A DNA stretch of 32,000 nt, taken from Candidatus Saccharimonadota bacterium (GTDB taxonomy: Bacteria; Patescibacteriota; Gracilibacteria; UBA1369; 2-02-FULL-48-14). Location: positions 60,001 to 92,000 of the forward strand of contig OZ246396.1 in the NCBI GenBank assembly GCA_965230905.1, read 5' to 3'. The translations under genes were made by a program, and so were the position numbers. Below are positions 1 through 8,089 of this stretch, piece after piece (position 1 is the stretch's first letter; each line of letters begins with the position of its first letter). Under the pieces are notes generated by a model. It was given only the letters and a program-made list of their open reading frames with translations. It ran no database searches and was not told the DNA's origin.

Positions 1-35
1 CCCTGCTCAAACCCATTGCCGCCGCGCAAAACGAA

Positions 36-1421
36 GTGGAGGACGAACTGCCTTCCCGTCTGCCCAAGAAAAAATCGTCCATCTTTGAGGTGGTGCGAAA
101 CATCAAAGGAAAAGAAAAAGGATTTTCGCTGCGCTCGTACTTGGCGGATCTCAAGCGAAATCGACTTCAAGCCCGCCCTCTGAATTTGTACCTCACTCCC
201 GGAAAGAAACGTTGGATTTTTGGACTGCTCGGTTCCAGTTTGGTGCTGTTCTTCTTCATCGCCTATGTGGCGCTGCCCGGAGCCACCATTGAAATTGAAC
301 CGGCTTCTAATGTGCTGACCAAAGCCGTGAATGTCACTTTGGAGCCCAGCCCCAGCGATCCGCTGAGCCTCAAGTCCTATGACATTGGGACGGAGGTGGA
401 ATACACGCTCAGCCATCCGGCCACGGGACTGATTACGGACGACAGCAGCAACGCATCTGGGAATCTGACCATTATAAACATCAGTGGCGTAGACCGCCCG
501 CTGGTGAAAGAAACGCGTTTCCAAACCGAGGACGGCGTTGTGTTCCGTCTGCAGGAGGAAGTGACGGTGCCCGCCGGCAATTCCACCAAGCCGGGGACCA
601 CGGTGGCACGTGTGGTGGCGGATGCGTTGGACGCGAACGGTGTGGCCGTGGGAGAACGTGGAAACATTGGCGCGAGCAAATTTTTTCTACCGGGATTGCG
701 TGAAGACACCCGCGATGAACTCTACGGCGAAAGCTACGACGCCATGACGGGCGGAGCCACCGTTTCCCGTGTGCAAGTCACCGAAGACGACCTCATCGCC
801 GCTCAAGTGCAACTGGAAGAAGAGCTGAAAGGAAAAGTGATTTCTGCGCTGCGCAAAGAAGTGCTGACGCAGTCCAATACCCTGGGCGTAAGTTTGAAAC
901 TTTTGGAGGTTTCGGAGGCGCTGGAATATGGCCCTGCGCTCATCGACCTTCCCTACAGTTTGGTGGGCACGGAACAAAGCAGTTTTGATGTGACGGGAAC
1001 CATGACCATTTCGGGCATCGCCTACAACCAGGAAGATTTGTTCAGCCTTTTGAAGGCAGAGATTGTGAGCACCAAAACGCCCGGCAAACTGCTGATTTCT
1101 GTGGACGAAAATTCCATGAGCCTGCAGATTCTGGAAGTGATCAATAATGCGTACAAAATCACCGCGCAAGTGCAAGGTATTGAAGAATACGAAATCGACC
1201 CTGAGTTGGAGGGTGGCAACAAGCTCGCTGAAAAAATCAAAGAGCACATCGCAGGCAAGTCCATTGAAGAAGCCAAGGCTTACATCCAAAATCTACCGGA
1301 AGTGAACAGTGTGGAGATCAAGGTGTGGCCCGTGTGGTCCCCCACTATTCCGAGTTTGTCGGAGAATATTAAGATCAAGTCGCTATCGGACGCTGAGGGA
1401 GCGGTTGAAGAAGAGCTTTAA
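36..1421 (+). CDS. hypothetical membrane-anchored protein; may be 5'-truncated by the window edge
   Basis: 461-codon ORF from GTG at 36. The same frame has no stop back to base 3, so the true start may lie upstream of the window. A basic N-terminus is followed by one hydrophobic helix (WIFGLLGSSLVLFFFIAYVAL) and a long soluble domain. No motif can be named with confidence; GERGNIGA only faintly recalls baseplate-J-like proteins. Antisense ORFs 377..709, 687..1289 and 1022..1276 look like shadow ORFs. Confidence 0.6.
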   Translation: MEDELPSRLPKKKSSIFEVVRNIKGKEKGFSLRSYLADLKRNRLQARPLNLYLTPGKKRWIFGLLGSSLVLFFFIAYVALPGATIEIEPASNVLTKAVNVTLEPSPSDPLSLKSYDIGTEVEYTLSHPATGLITDDSSNASGNLTIINISGVDRPLVKETRFQTEDGVVFRLQEEVTVPAGNSTKPGTTVARVVADALDANGVAVGERGNIGASKFFLPGLREDTRDELYGESYDAMTGGATVSRVQVTEDDLIAAQVQLEEELKGKVISALRKEVLTQSNTLGVSLKLLEVSEALEYGPALIDLPYSLVGTEQSSFDVTGTMTISGIAYNQEDLFSLLKAEIVSTKTPGKLLISVDENSMSLQILEVINNAYKITAQVQGIEEYEIDPELEGGNKLAEKIKEHIAGKSIEEAKAYIQNLPEVNSVEIKVWPVWSPTIPSLSENIKIKSLSDAEGAVEEEL

Positions 1422-1473
1422 CTAAGATAAACTCCGCTTATACTTTTATTAGCAGACCCTTCGGGTCCACTTG

Positions 1474-2904
1474 ATGGCACAAATCGCTTCCCAATCCAAA
1501 GACTTCCCTGCGTGGTATCAAGACGTGGTGGACAAGGCAGACCTCGCCCAGCACAGCCGTGTGAAGGGATGCATGGTGATCAAACCTTATGGCTACGCTA
1601 TTTGGGAGTTCATTCAAGCCGAGCTGGACCGACGAATTAAAGAAGCGGGCGTGAAGAATGCCTATTTTCCTTTGTTCATTCCCCAGAGTTTACTGACTCG
1701 TGAAAAAAACCATGTGGAAGGCTTTTCACCCGAATGCGCTGTGGTCACCCATGGTGGAGGCCAGGAATTGGCAGAACCACTCGTGGTTCGTCCCACTTCT
1801 GAAACCATTATGTACGACACATTTTCTGGTTGGATTCAGAGTTACCGAGATTTGCCGCTGCTCATCAACCAATGGGCGAATGTGGTTAGATGGGAAATGC
1901 GAACACGTCCCTTTTTGAGGACGACTGAGTTTTTGTGGCAAGAAGGACACACCGTGCACGCGACCAAGGCGGAAGCAGAAACTGAGGTGGCTCGAGCCCT
2001 AAAAATGTATGAAGATTTTGATCGCGACTTTTTGGCACTGCCCGTTTTGACCGGAACCAAGTCTCCCAAGGAAACTTTTGCGGGAGCGGATTACACTCGC
2101 ACCACGGAAGCACTCGCGAAAGATGGAAAAGTGATTCAAGCCGGAACCTCGCACTTATTGGGACAAACCTTTGCCAAGGCTTTTGATATTAAATTCCAGG
2201 ATGAAAAGGGAGAGATGCAGTATGGATGGCAGACCTCGTGGGGACTTTCGACTCGAATCATTGGGACGATTATTGTGTGTCATGGTGATGAAAAAGGACT
2301 CGTGCTCCCTCCCCGAGTGGCGCCTCACCAGGTGGTGCTGATTCCTATTGGAAAAACCGATGAAGAAAAGGCGCGCGTGCTCGAGGTTTTGCAAGGCGTG
2401 GCTAGCGAATTGAAAACCGCTGGAGTGCGCGTTCACTTAGACGCGCGTGACACCGTTTCGCCTGGATTCAAATTCAACGAATGGGAACTCAAGGGAGTAC
2501 CGATGCGCATTGAAGTGGGACCACGTGATTTGGAAAAAGAAGCGTGCATGGTGGCGCGACGCGATACCAGTGAAAAAACTTCCCTACCTTTAGCAGGTTT
2601 GGCTGATGCGGTAAGCGACATGCTCACCAGCATTCAAGCAGACATGCTGAAGCGTGCGCAGGAACATTTGACGGCCAACATCCGTGAAGCCGAAAGCATT
2701 GAAGAAATGGTCAAAATCTTGGATGAAAAAGGTGGACTTGTGAAAGCTGCGTGGGCCGGAACCGAGCTCGACGAAAAGAAGATCCAAGAAAAAACCAAGG
2801 CAACCATCCGCATCGTTTCCGAAGACAAGTGGCCTACCGAACGCGACTGCATCTTCACGGGAAAAAAGACGGACACCATGGTGTACTTTGCACGAGCGTA
2901 CTAG
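1474..2904 (+). CDS. proS: prolyl-tRNA synthetase, archaeal/eukaryal-type class II
   Basis: The ORF track starts at TTG 1471, and an ATG follows at 1474. Signature stretches are FPAWYQDVV near the N-terminus, NQWANVVRWEMRTRPFLRTTEFLWQEGHTVHAT (motif 2 region), GTSHLLGQTFAKAF and the C-terminal YFARAY ending in Tyr, typical of this ProRS subtype. Confidence 0.92.
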   Translation: MAQIASQSKDFPAWYQDVVDKADLAQHSRVKGCMVIKPYGYAIWEFIQAELDRRIKEAGVKNAYFPLFIPQSLLTREKNHVEGFSPECAVVTHGGGQELAEPLVVRPTSETIMYDTFSGWIQSYRDLPLLINQWANVVRWEMRTRPFLRTTEFLWQEGHTVHATKAEAETEVARALKMYEDFDRDFLALPVLTGTKSPKETFAGADYTRTTEALAKDGKVIQAGTSHLLGQTFAKAFDIKFQDEKGEMQYGWQTSWGLSTRIIGTIIVCHGDEKGLVLPPRVAPHQVVLIPIGKTDEEKARVLEVLQGVASELKTAGVRVHLDARDTVSPGFKFNEWELKGVPMRIEVGPRDLEKEACMVARRDTSEKTSLPLAGLADAVSDMLTSIQADMLKRAQEHLTANIREAESIEEMVKILDEKGGLVKAAWAGTELDEKKIQEKTKATIRIVSEDKWPTERDCIFTGKKTDTMVYFARAY

Positions 2905-2906
2905 AC

Positions 2907-2934
2907 TTGTAAGAAAGTTCAGTTGTGGTATAAT
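2907..2934 (+). promoter_or_regulatory. sigma70-like promoter with extended -10 for 2970..3527
   Basis: TTGTAA (2907-2912), a 16-nt spacer, then TGgTATAAT (2926-2934). It lies about 35 nt upstream of the ATG at 2970. Confidence 0.45.
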
Positions 2935-2969
2935 TGCTGCTTTGACAGTGACGGAATACAATTATAAAT

Positions 2970-3527
2970 ATGCTTTCACCCCAAGAAATCGTCCCTCACG
3001 ATACTCATCCATTTATAGGAGTGAGACCCGGAATCGTGAATGGCATTTATAAGATCAGTAGTGAAGTGAAACACTGGCATGATATGGCTTTGCCTTTTAA
3101 GGCTATTATTGGAGAGCTGGAAGAGGATCCTTCTATTTTGAAAATGAGCCTGACTGCCAACCCAGATGTGCACTTCGACGCCATGCTTCCTCACAGTCAC
3201 CCCATAGGATTTTTAGTTTTCGCCATTGAGCAGCGCGACGAACCAACCATTGTGTGCGCATCTTCTCAGCCTGTGTTTACTGCGAGAGCACAAAAACCTA
3301 GTTTCGAATCTGTGAAAGCTGTTCAAGCTAAGCTTCTTGAGCATGAAGCTGCTTTCGCTCGCACTTGGAAACAATCCACCAAAGTTGACCACTACGCCAC
3401 TCGGGTTCCCTTTCTTTATCTATTACCTGGCACCGGACATTTTCGAAGAATAGAAAATGAAGACCAGTTCACTACACGGTCGAATCTTAAAGGCTGGATG
3501 TATGATGCCTTTGGGAATAGTCTTTAA
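2970..3527 (+). CDS. hypothetical protein (orphan)
   Basis: 185-codon ATG ORF with its own promoter-like sequence. It looks more AT-rich than its neighbours. No recognisable motifs. Its N-terminal ~50 aa resemble those of 15308..15781 (see findings). Confidence 0.55.
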   Translation: MLSPQEIVPHDTHPFIGVRPGIVNGIYKISSEVKHWHDMALPFKAIIGELEEDPSILKMSLTANPDVHFDAMLPHSHPIGFLVFAIEQRDEPTIVCASSQPVFTARAQKPSFESVKAVQAKLLEHEAAFARTWKQSTKVDHYATRVPFLYLLPGTGHFRRIENEDQFTTRSNLKGWMYDAFGNSL

Positions 3528-4252
3528 AGTCCCAACTGCTTTCTAATTTCTTCCGCTTTGTTTTGGTCTTCCTGACCTTTGCTTTCGGCTTTTACGGCGA
3601 GTTCGAGGTCTTTCCAGTCGGCGGCGTGCTCATCTTCGAGTTTTTTGAGTTGGGCGCCGTGCTTTTGAGAAAGTTCCACGAATTTGCTGCGTTCTTCATC
3701 AAAGATGCGAATCAGTTCGTCCACTTGTTCTTGGCGGAGCTTTGGAATCGAATCGATGATTTTCTTTTTCTCGTCCTTAGTGAGCGAAATGGACCCGGCC
3801 AAAAGGTTCAGGAAACGAGCTTCATCAAAGTTGAGGCTGTGTGCGGGAAGTTTGATGCTGGTTGTGAAGCTGGCCATCCGTGCCCCGAACACGTAGTTGG
3901 GGTCAAAAGGAGGCTGAGCAGGGTCGGCGGCACCACCGGCATAGGGGTCCCCCATCCCAGCCATGGGTGGTTGAGGAGCCATGGGCGCGGCTGGCGCTTC
4001 ATACACGGGCGCCTGGTAGGCTGGCGCTGCAGGAGCCGCATAGGGCTGAGGATAAACCGGAGCCTGATACGGGTCGTAGGCAGTAGTTTGGGGGGCAGGC
4101 GCTACCGGCTGGACCGGCATTGGAGGAACGGGTGGGCTTGGTGGCGTTGGCGGAGTGGGTGGATTTGTTCCACCTGTAAAACCGCTTCCCTGTTGAGCGC
4201 CAAAGGAAAACCCACCGCTGTATGCTCCGTTTTGTGATTGATCGTCAGCCAT
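3524..4252 (-). CDS. hypothetical protein: disordered Gly/Phe- and Pro/Ala/Tyr-rich N-terminal two thirds plus a conserved helical C-terminal module
   Basis: The track ORF runs to 4315, but the first ATG is at 4252 (MADDQSQNGAYSGGFSFG...). Low-complexity PPTPPTPPSPPVPP and APVY repeats are followed by SLTKDEKKKIIDSIPKLRQEQVDELIRIFDEERSKF. This last stretch is homologous to the core of 26746..27216. Confidence 0.7.
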   Translation of the reverse strand: MADDQSQNGAYSGGFSFGAQQGSGFTGGTNPPTPPTPPSPPVPPMPVQPVAPAPQTTAYDPYQAPVYPQPYAAPAAPAYQAPVYEAPAAPMAPQPPMAGMGDPYAGGAADPAQPPFDPNYVFGARMASFTTSIKLPAHSLNFDEARFLNLLAGSISLTKDEKKKIIDSIPKLRQEQVDELIRIFDEERSKFVELSQKHGAQLKKLEDEHAADWKDLELAVKAESKGQEDQNKAEEIRKQLGL

Positions 4253-4344
4253 AGATATTAGGTTGGTCGGTCTGCCTTGGGCAAAAATTCTAAGGAATTG
4301 AGTACAAATAATCAAGACTTCATCTATTTATTCTACCACAAAAA

Positions 4345-4391
4345 TGAGAATAAAAAAAGAGGGCCCCCTCCACGCCATGAAGAGCCCTCTT
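4345..4391 (-). terminator. intrinsic-terminator-like hairpin with U-tract, read on the minus strand
   Basis: An 8-bp stem pairs AAGAGGGC (4357-4364) with GCCCTCTT (4384-4391) around a 19-nt loop. On the minus strand it is followed by TTTTTATTCTCATTTTT. It lies inside the divergent gap 4253-4499, downstream of a minus-strand TAGACA-17-TATAAT promoter (4470-4442). Confidence 0.4.
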
Positions 4392-4499
4392 CAACCGTAA
4401 TTAATTTTTTTCTTAGTTGACGTTATGTCAAATAAGTTGCAATTATATACAATATTCCGAAGCTTGTCTAGTCTTTTTCTTTTCGCTATCCTTTGAACC

Positions 4500-5711
4500 A
4501 TGAAAAACACCTGGTATTCCTTCCTCCCGCTCCTGGTAGTTACCGTGCTCGCGCTCGTTTTAGGGGTTGTGGAAGCCAAGAAAGAACCGGCGTATTTTTC
4601 GGTGAATTCACTGGATACGATGCGGGAACTCAACTTTAAGCACCAGATGGTGGTGGATGACCTGCTGAGCACCGATGAATCGCCCCTGGTGAGTGAACTT
4701 ATTCAAGCGGATGCTTTTTTGGACACCAGCGTGAAGGAATCGAGCCAAGGACTGGTGGTAACCTTAAAAACGGAGGAAGGGGATGGAATTTTGTTGCTTC
4801 AGCCTGTGGAATTCCTCTCCCTGCTTGAGCTGGAAACCGTAGCCGAGGAGTATAAAATCTCCATTCCGGAGTTTGAAGCCGTGGAACTTGACCAAGATTT
4901 GGAGCTTTCGAGCCCTTTTTATGACTGGGATTTCTTTCCTAATAAAGAAGCGGCCCCTAGCGAAGAGCCTGCGGACGTGGCGGAGGTGAACTTAGCTGAA
5001 GAAGGCATTCAAGTGGCCGTGATCGACAGCGGGGTGGACATCAGTCATGAGATTTTTGAGGAGATCACCATCTCGAAAGGGTGGAATACCTTGGCGGACA
5101 ACACCGATATGTACGACGACGTGGGCCACGGGACCCATGTGGCGGGGATTATTGCGTCTAATGCCCCTGGCGTGGAGATCATTCCCTATAAGATAGTGAA
5201 TTCAAAGGGTGGGAAGCTTTCCAATGTGCTCGAGGCCATGGCTAAAGCTTTGGAAGACGACGTGGAGATCATGAACACCAGTTTTGGGCTCAGCTCTCCT
5301 TCCTACGCGCTGGAAACCATGGTTGAAAAGGCCTACTCAGCCGGGGTGATCATTGTGTCGGCGGCTGGAAACAACGCTAAAACGACTGGGTTTTACCCTG
5401 CAGAGTACAAACACACCATTGCAGTGGCAAGTGTGGACAGCTCCGGAAACAAACTTCCCAAGTCCAATTACGGAACCTGGGTGGACGTGGCGGCCTATGG
5501 CTACCACATTCGCTCTTCCCTTCCGGACGGCCTCTATGGTTACAAAACCGGTACTTCCCAAGCCGCGCCCGTGGTGGTGGCTGCGGTGGCCCGACTCCTG
5601 ATGGGAGAACACTCCGATGAACTGACTTTTGAAGCGATTCTGAGCGCCCTTAAAAACGCCCCCGAAAGTATCGAGAAGGGAGACCTTGCCGGTATACCCA
5701 TCATTGAGTAG
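4500..5711 (+). CDS. secreted subtilisin-like serine peptidase (S8 family)
   Basis: N-terminal signal-like helix (FLPLLVVTVLALVLGVVEA). The catalytic triad is in canonical context: VAVIDSGVD (Asp), HGTHVAGIIAS (His) and GTSQAAPVVVAAVA (Ser). Confidence 0.9.
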   Translation: MKNTWYSFLPLLVVTVLALVLGVVEAKKEPAYFSVNSLDTMRELNFKHQMVVDDLLSTDESPLVSELIQADAFLDTSVKESSQGLVVTLKTEEGDGILLLQPVEFLSLLELETVAEEYKISIPEFEAVELDQDLELSSPFYDWDFFPNKEAAPSEEPADVAEVNLAEEGIQVAVIDSGVDISHEIFEEITISKGWNTLADNTDMYDDVGHGTHVAGIIASNAPGVEIIPYKIVNSKGGKLSNVLEAMAKALEDDVEIMNTSFGLSSPSYALETMVEKAYSAGVIIVSAAGNNAKTTGFYPAEYKHTIAVASVDSSGNKLPKSNYGTWVDVAAYGYHIRSSLPDGLYGYKTGTSQAAPVVVAAVARLLMGEHSDELTFEAILSALKNAPESIEKGDLAGIPIIE

Positions 5712-5722
5712 AATCTCGTGGC

Positions 5723-5799
5723 GGACGATTAGCTCAGCTGGTTAGAGCGCCACATTGACATTGTGGAGGTCGGTGGTTCGAGTCCACTATCGTCCACCA
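5723..5799 (+). tRNA. tRNA-Val (anticodon GAC), CCA encoded
   Basis: Hand-folded cloverleaf. Acceptor GGACGAT/ATCGTCC; D arm GCTC-AGCTGGTTA-GAGC; anticodon arm CCACA-TTGACAT-TGTGG; variable loop AGGTC; T arm GGTGG-TTCGAGT-CCACT; discriminator A; then CCA (5797-5799). Confidence 0.92.
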
Positions 5800-5854
5800 T
5801 CATCTTTTGATGTATCTGTTTTTATGATATAATGAATAGATTAAAACTCCCCTA

Positions 5855-6802
5855 ATGATTGATGCAGAAGGAACCTATCGACAAGTGAGTTGGTATAAAT
5901 ATGACGAAGGACCAAAGCCATTTTGTGCTCAAGTGGGAGATCAATTATTAAGGGCAGAAAGTCTAGATGGGCTTCGAGGTTTAGTCGATGGAGAACTAGA
6001 TGGTGCAAGGAACGATATGCATGGAAGGATTGTGGTAGCAATGGATTCAGAGCCATGTCCAGGAGTGAATAGAATACCTAGATATTCAGATGTATTAAGG
6101 AAGTATATGCCAAGAGATGGTATTACCCCTGAAAGACCTAACCCTAAACTTTTAACAAAAGAAAATAGAGACAGGGTGCTAGAAATAACTGAAAAAGCCA
6201 CCGAGGAATACGGTAAAAAAACGACTGCTGAACCTCAAGAGGGACATCTGGTAGAAACTAGGGAGAATATTGGTAGTGGCAGGTCATTTACAATGAGCGC
6301 AGAAATATTCAAAACACCCAATCATTTACTAAAGGAAGATGTCACTTTTCATATCGATGAAGGTACAAACTACCTAGGGCATTTCACATTATCTCGGGAG
6401 GGCGAACTCAGTAAAAATATATGGAGTCTTTTCCACAGAGAAATCTATAAAAAAGAGTATACGGGAGGAAGTGGGCATGAACTAGGTGCTAGCAGAATTT
6501 TAACCGATGCCATGTATCTTTTTATTCAAGATCGAGCGGATAGAACTGGAGAAGAAGTAACTGTATTAATTGAGTTATCTCAACCTCATGTTGCAATTTG
6601 GGCTTTAAAAGAAGGGTTTCAGCCAGAAAATGGTGAACAAGAGAGAAGATGGCAACAAATGCAAAATGGAAACGATCTCGTTATGAAAGGTGACCATGTG
6701 TATCCAAATACCATTCCTCCAGGTTTTGGTTGGGATAAATTTGATTATGAGGCAGGATTTCGAATCAGGTTTAAAAAAACATTTCAACCAGTTGTGATTT
6801 GA
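5855..6802 (+). CDS. hypothetical protein (island gene A); possible GNAT-like C-terminal half
   Basis: 315-codon ATG ORF, 21 nt downstream of a TATAAT (5828-5833). It looks AT-rich and uses AGA/AGG Arg codons. The stretch IYKKEYTGGSGHELGASRILTDAMYLF ... LIELSQPHVAIWALKEGFQPE loosely resembles acetyl-CoA-binding motif A and the following strands of GNAT acetyltransferases. This is a weak call made by eye only. Confidence 0.6.
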   Translation: MIDAEGTYRQVSWYKYDEGPKPFCAQVGDQLLRAESLDGLRGLVDGELDGARNDMHGRIVVAMDSEPCPGVNRIPRYSDVLRKYMPRDGITPERPNPKLLTKENRDRVLEITEKATEEYGKKTTAEPQEGHLVETRENIGSGRSFTMSAEIFKTPNHLLKEDVTFHIDEGTNYLGHFTLSREGELSKNIWSLFHREIYKKEYTGGSGHELGASRILTDAMYLFIQDRADRTGEEVTVLIELSQPHVAIWALKEGFQPENGEQERRWQQMQNGNDLVMKGDHVYPNTIPPGFGWDKFDYEAGFRIRFKKTFQPVVI

Positions 6803-6822
6803 ATGAGCTCAGTCGTATTTTA

Positions 6823-6862
6823 AAAAGTTCTAGGATCATCCTCTTAGCCCCACCAGATCGAC
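6823..6862 (+). repeat. island inter-cassette element, copy 1
   Basis: AAAAGTTCTAGGATCATCC-tctta-GCCCCACCA-gatcgac. It is identical to copy 2 at 29 of 33 positions, and all four differences fall in the 5-nt spacer. Confidence 0.8.
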
Positions 6863-6866
6863 TTTA

Positions 6867-7697
6867 ATGTCAGTTTATGTTTTAATATTGTCTTTTACTG
6901 TACCTCACATGCTCGAGAGACAAACCGTTTACGCCATTGGATCAGCGCACGCCATGAAAGGCGCAGACATAAACCATCCTTATGAAGTTCCTGTACAAAC
7001 GGATCTGATGGCCCACTTAGTCCGAACAACAGGTGATGTTAGCCTTTTCATCGAAGGATTAGGATTGGATGGCTGTAGAGGTATTAAAGAAATAATGGGA
7101 AGACTTGAAACAGATCCACGTAGACTGGAGCAGTTAATTCCTAAATTTTTTGCGCAAAGAGACTTCGTGATGTGGGAACAAGCCATTAAAATGCGTGCCC
7201 TATTGGAACTAAAAGCAGAAGGGCATTTCATAGAACCCGTCCCAACGGAAGTTGATCAAAAATCTCGAGATGCTGCACTTCGTTTTACTTATCGTAACCC
7301 AACTGAGGAGGACTTTGGGCTATTGGAACGATATGCTGAAGAGGTATTAGGAGATAGAAGTCTTGTTTTAGCGGCACTTGAAAAAAGCACGGGAGATAAG
7401 GATAAAAGTTTCCTTGAGTTGGTACAGGGCATGCGCGCTCACTACGGAGACTTAGAAATGGCACGAAACATTGAGACTCGCGGAGGAGCAAACAACTTGC
7501 TCATGTTTGGGAAGGGACACCCTCTGAAGGGTTGGGGTGAAAGGTTTCAGCTCTCCCGTTTAGACATTTCTGGGTACGAGGGCGGAGTGGTTGGAATTTC
7601 CGGCTCCTTGCCTGAAACTATTCGACCAAGTTTAAATGACTTTCGTGCGACTGAGCCCAGAGCACTCGTTTTGACGGGCTGGGTTCAGGCAAAGTAA
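6867..7697 (+). CDS. hypothetical protein (island gene B)
   Basis: 276-codon ORF from ATG 6867. An alternative ATG at 6909 (MLERQ...) fits better if the TCGACT-17-TTTAAT promoter-like sequence at 6858-6886 is real. No recognisable motifs. Confidence 0.6.
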   Translation: MSVYVLILSFTVPHMLERQTVYAIGSAHAMKGADINHPYEVPVQTDLMAHLVRTTGDVSLFIEGLGLDGCRGIKEIMGRLETDPRRLEQLIPKFFAQRDFVMWEQAIKMRALLELKAEGHFIEPVPTEVDQKSRDAALRFTYRNPTEEDFGLLERYAEEVLGDRSLVLAALEKSTGDKDKSFLELVQGMRAHYGDLEMARNIETRGGANNLLMFGKGHPLKGWGERFQLSRLDISGYEGGVVGISGSLPETIRPSLNDFRATEPRALVLTGWVQAK

Positions 7698-7734
7698 AAG
7701 TTCTAGGATCATCCGCGGTGCCCCACCATTGACC
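7696..7734 (+). repeat. island inter-cassette element, copy 2
   Basis: AAAAGTTCTAGGATCATCC-gcggt-GCCCCACCA-TTGACC. It begins inside the TAA stop codon (7695-7697) of gene B. Confidence 0.8.
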
Positions 7735-7779
7735 TTAGCTTATACTTTACTTGTAAACGGTAAGACCTGTTAGTGGTTC

Positions 7780-8072
7780 CTAGGTGTTCCCTTCCATCGG
7801 TTGGCCACAGCTTAGGGCATTCGAGCTAACAGGCTCGTTTTCGTTTAGATGCAGACCCTGCTCTGTTGTGATGTGTTTACGAAATAGCTTGTACCATTCA
7901 AGGTCGTTCTTTTCATGTTTCCTGAAAATGCCCCATGCAAATAGGTCAGCAGCTTGAAGTTCAAAGTAAAGGCCTCCAGTTCGCTTTTCAACGCTAAAAC
8001 TTCAGCGTAGCATTTCGTTCGTAACGTTTTGACATTGTTTGTGGATTTTGCGTATATGGATATAATCAACAC
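7780..8072 (-). pseudogene. possible frameshifted gene remnant
   Basis: Two overlapping minus-strand frames together span the gap. One is the 75-codon TTG-start ORF 7845..8072. The other is a start-less open frame 8001..7780 (…GLYFELQAADLFAWGIFRKHEKNDLEWYKLFRKHITTEQGLHLNENEPV…), which reads like real protein but contains no ATG/GTG/TTG until near its 3' end. No family recognised. Confidence 0.25.
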
Positions 8073-8089
8073 TTACTAAGATAAACAAT

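Noticed and set aside
1456-1468. A GACCC-TTC-GGGTC hairpin (C-UUCG-G-type loop) between gene 36..1421 and proS, considered as a terminator.
   Set aside because: No U-tract follows on either strand, and the hairpin ends 3-5 nt before the proS start. It more likely affects mRNA stability or translation initiation, if anything. Evidence is too slight for a call.
4391-4672. A 93-codon minus-strand ORF spanning the protease start region.
   Set aside because: It overlaps the signal-peptide-encoding start of the well-supported S8 peptidase gene, and its own 3' end abuts the terminator-like hairpin. Its translation has no features of a real protein.
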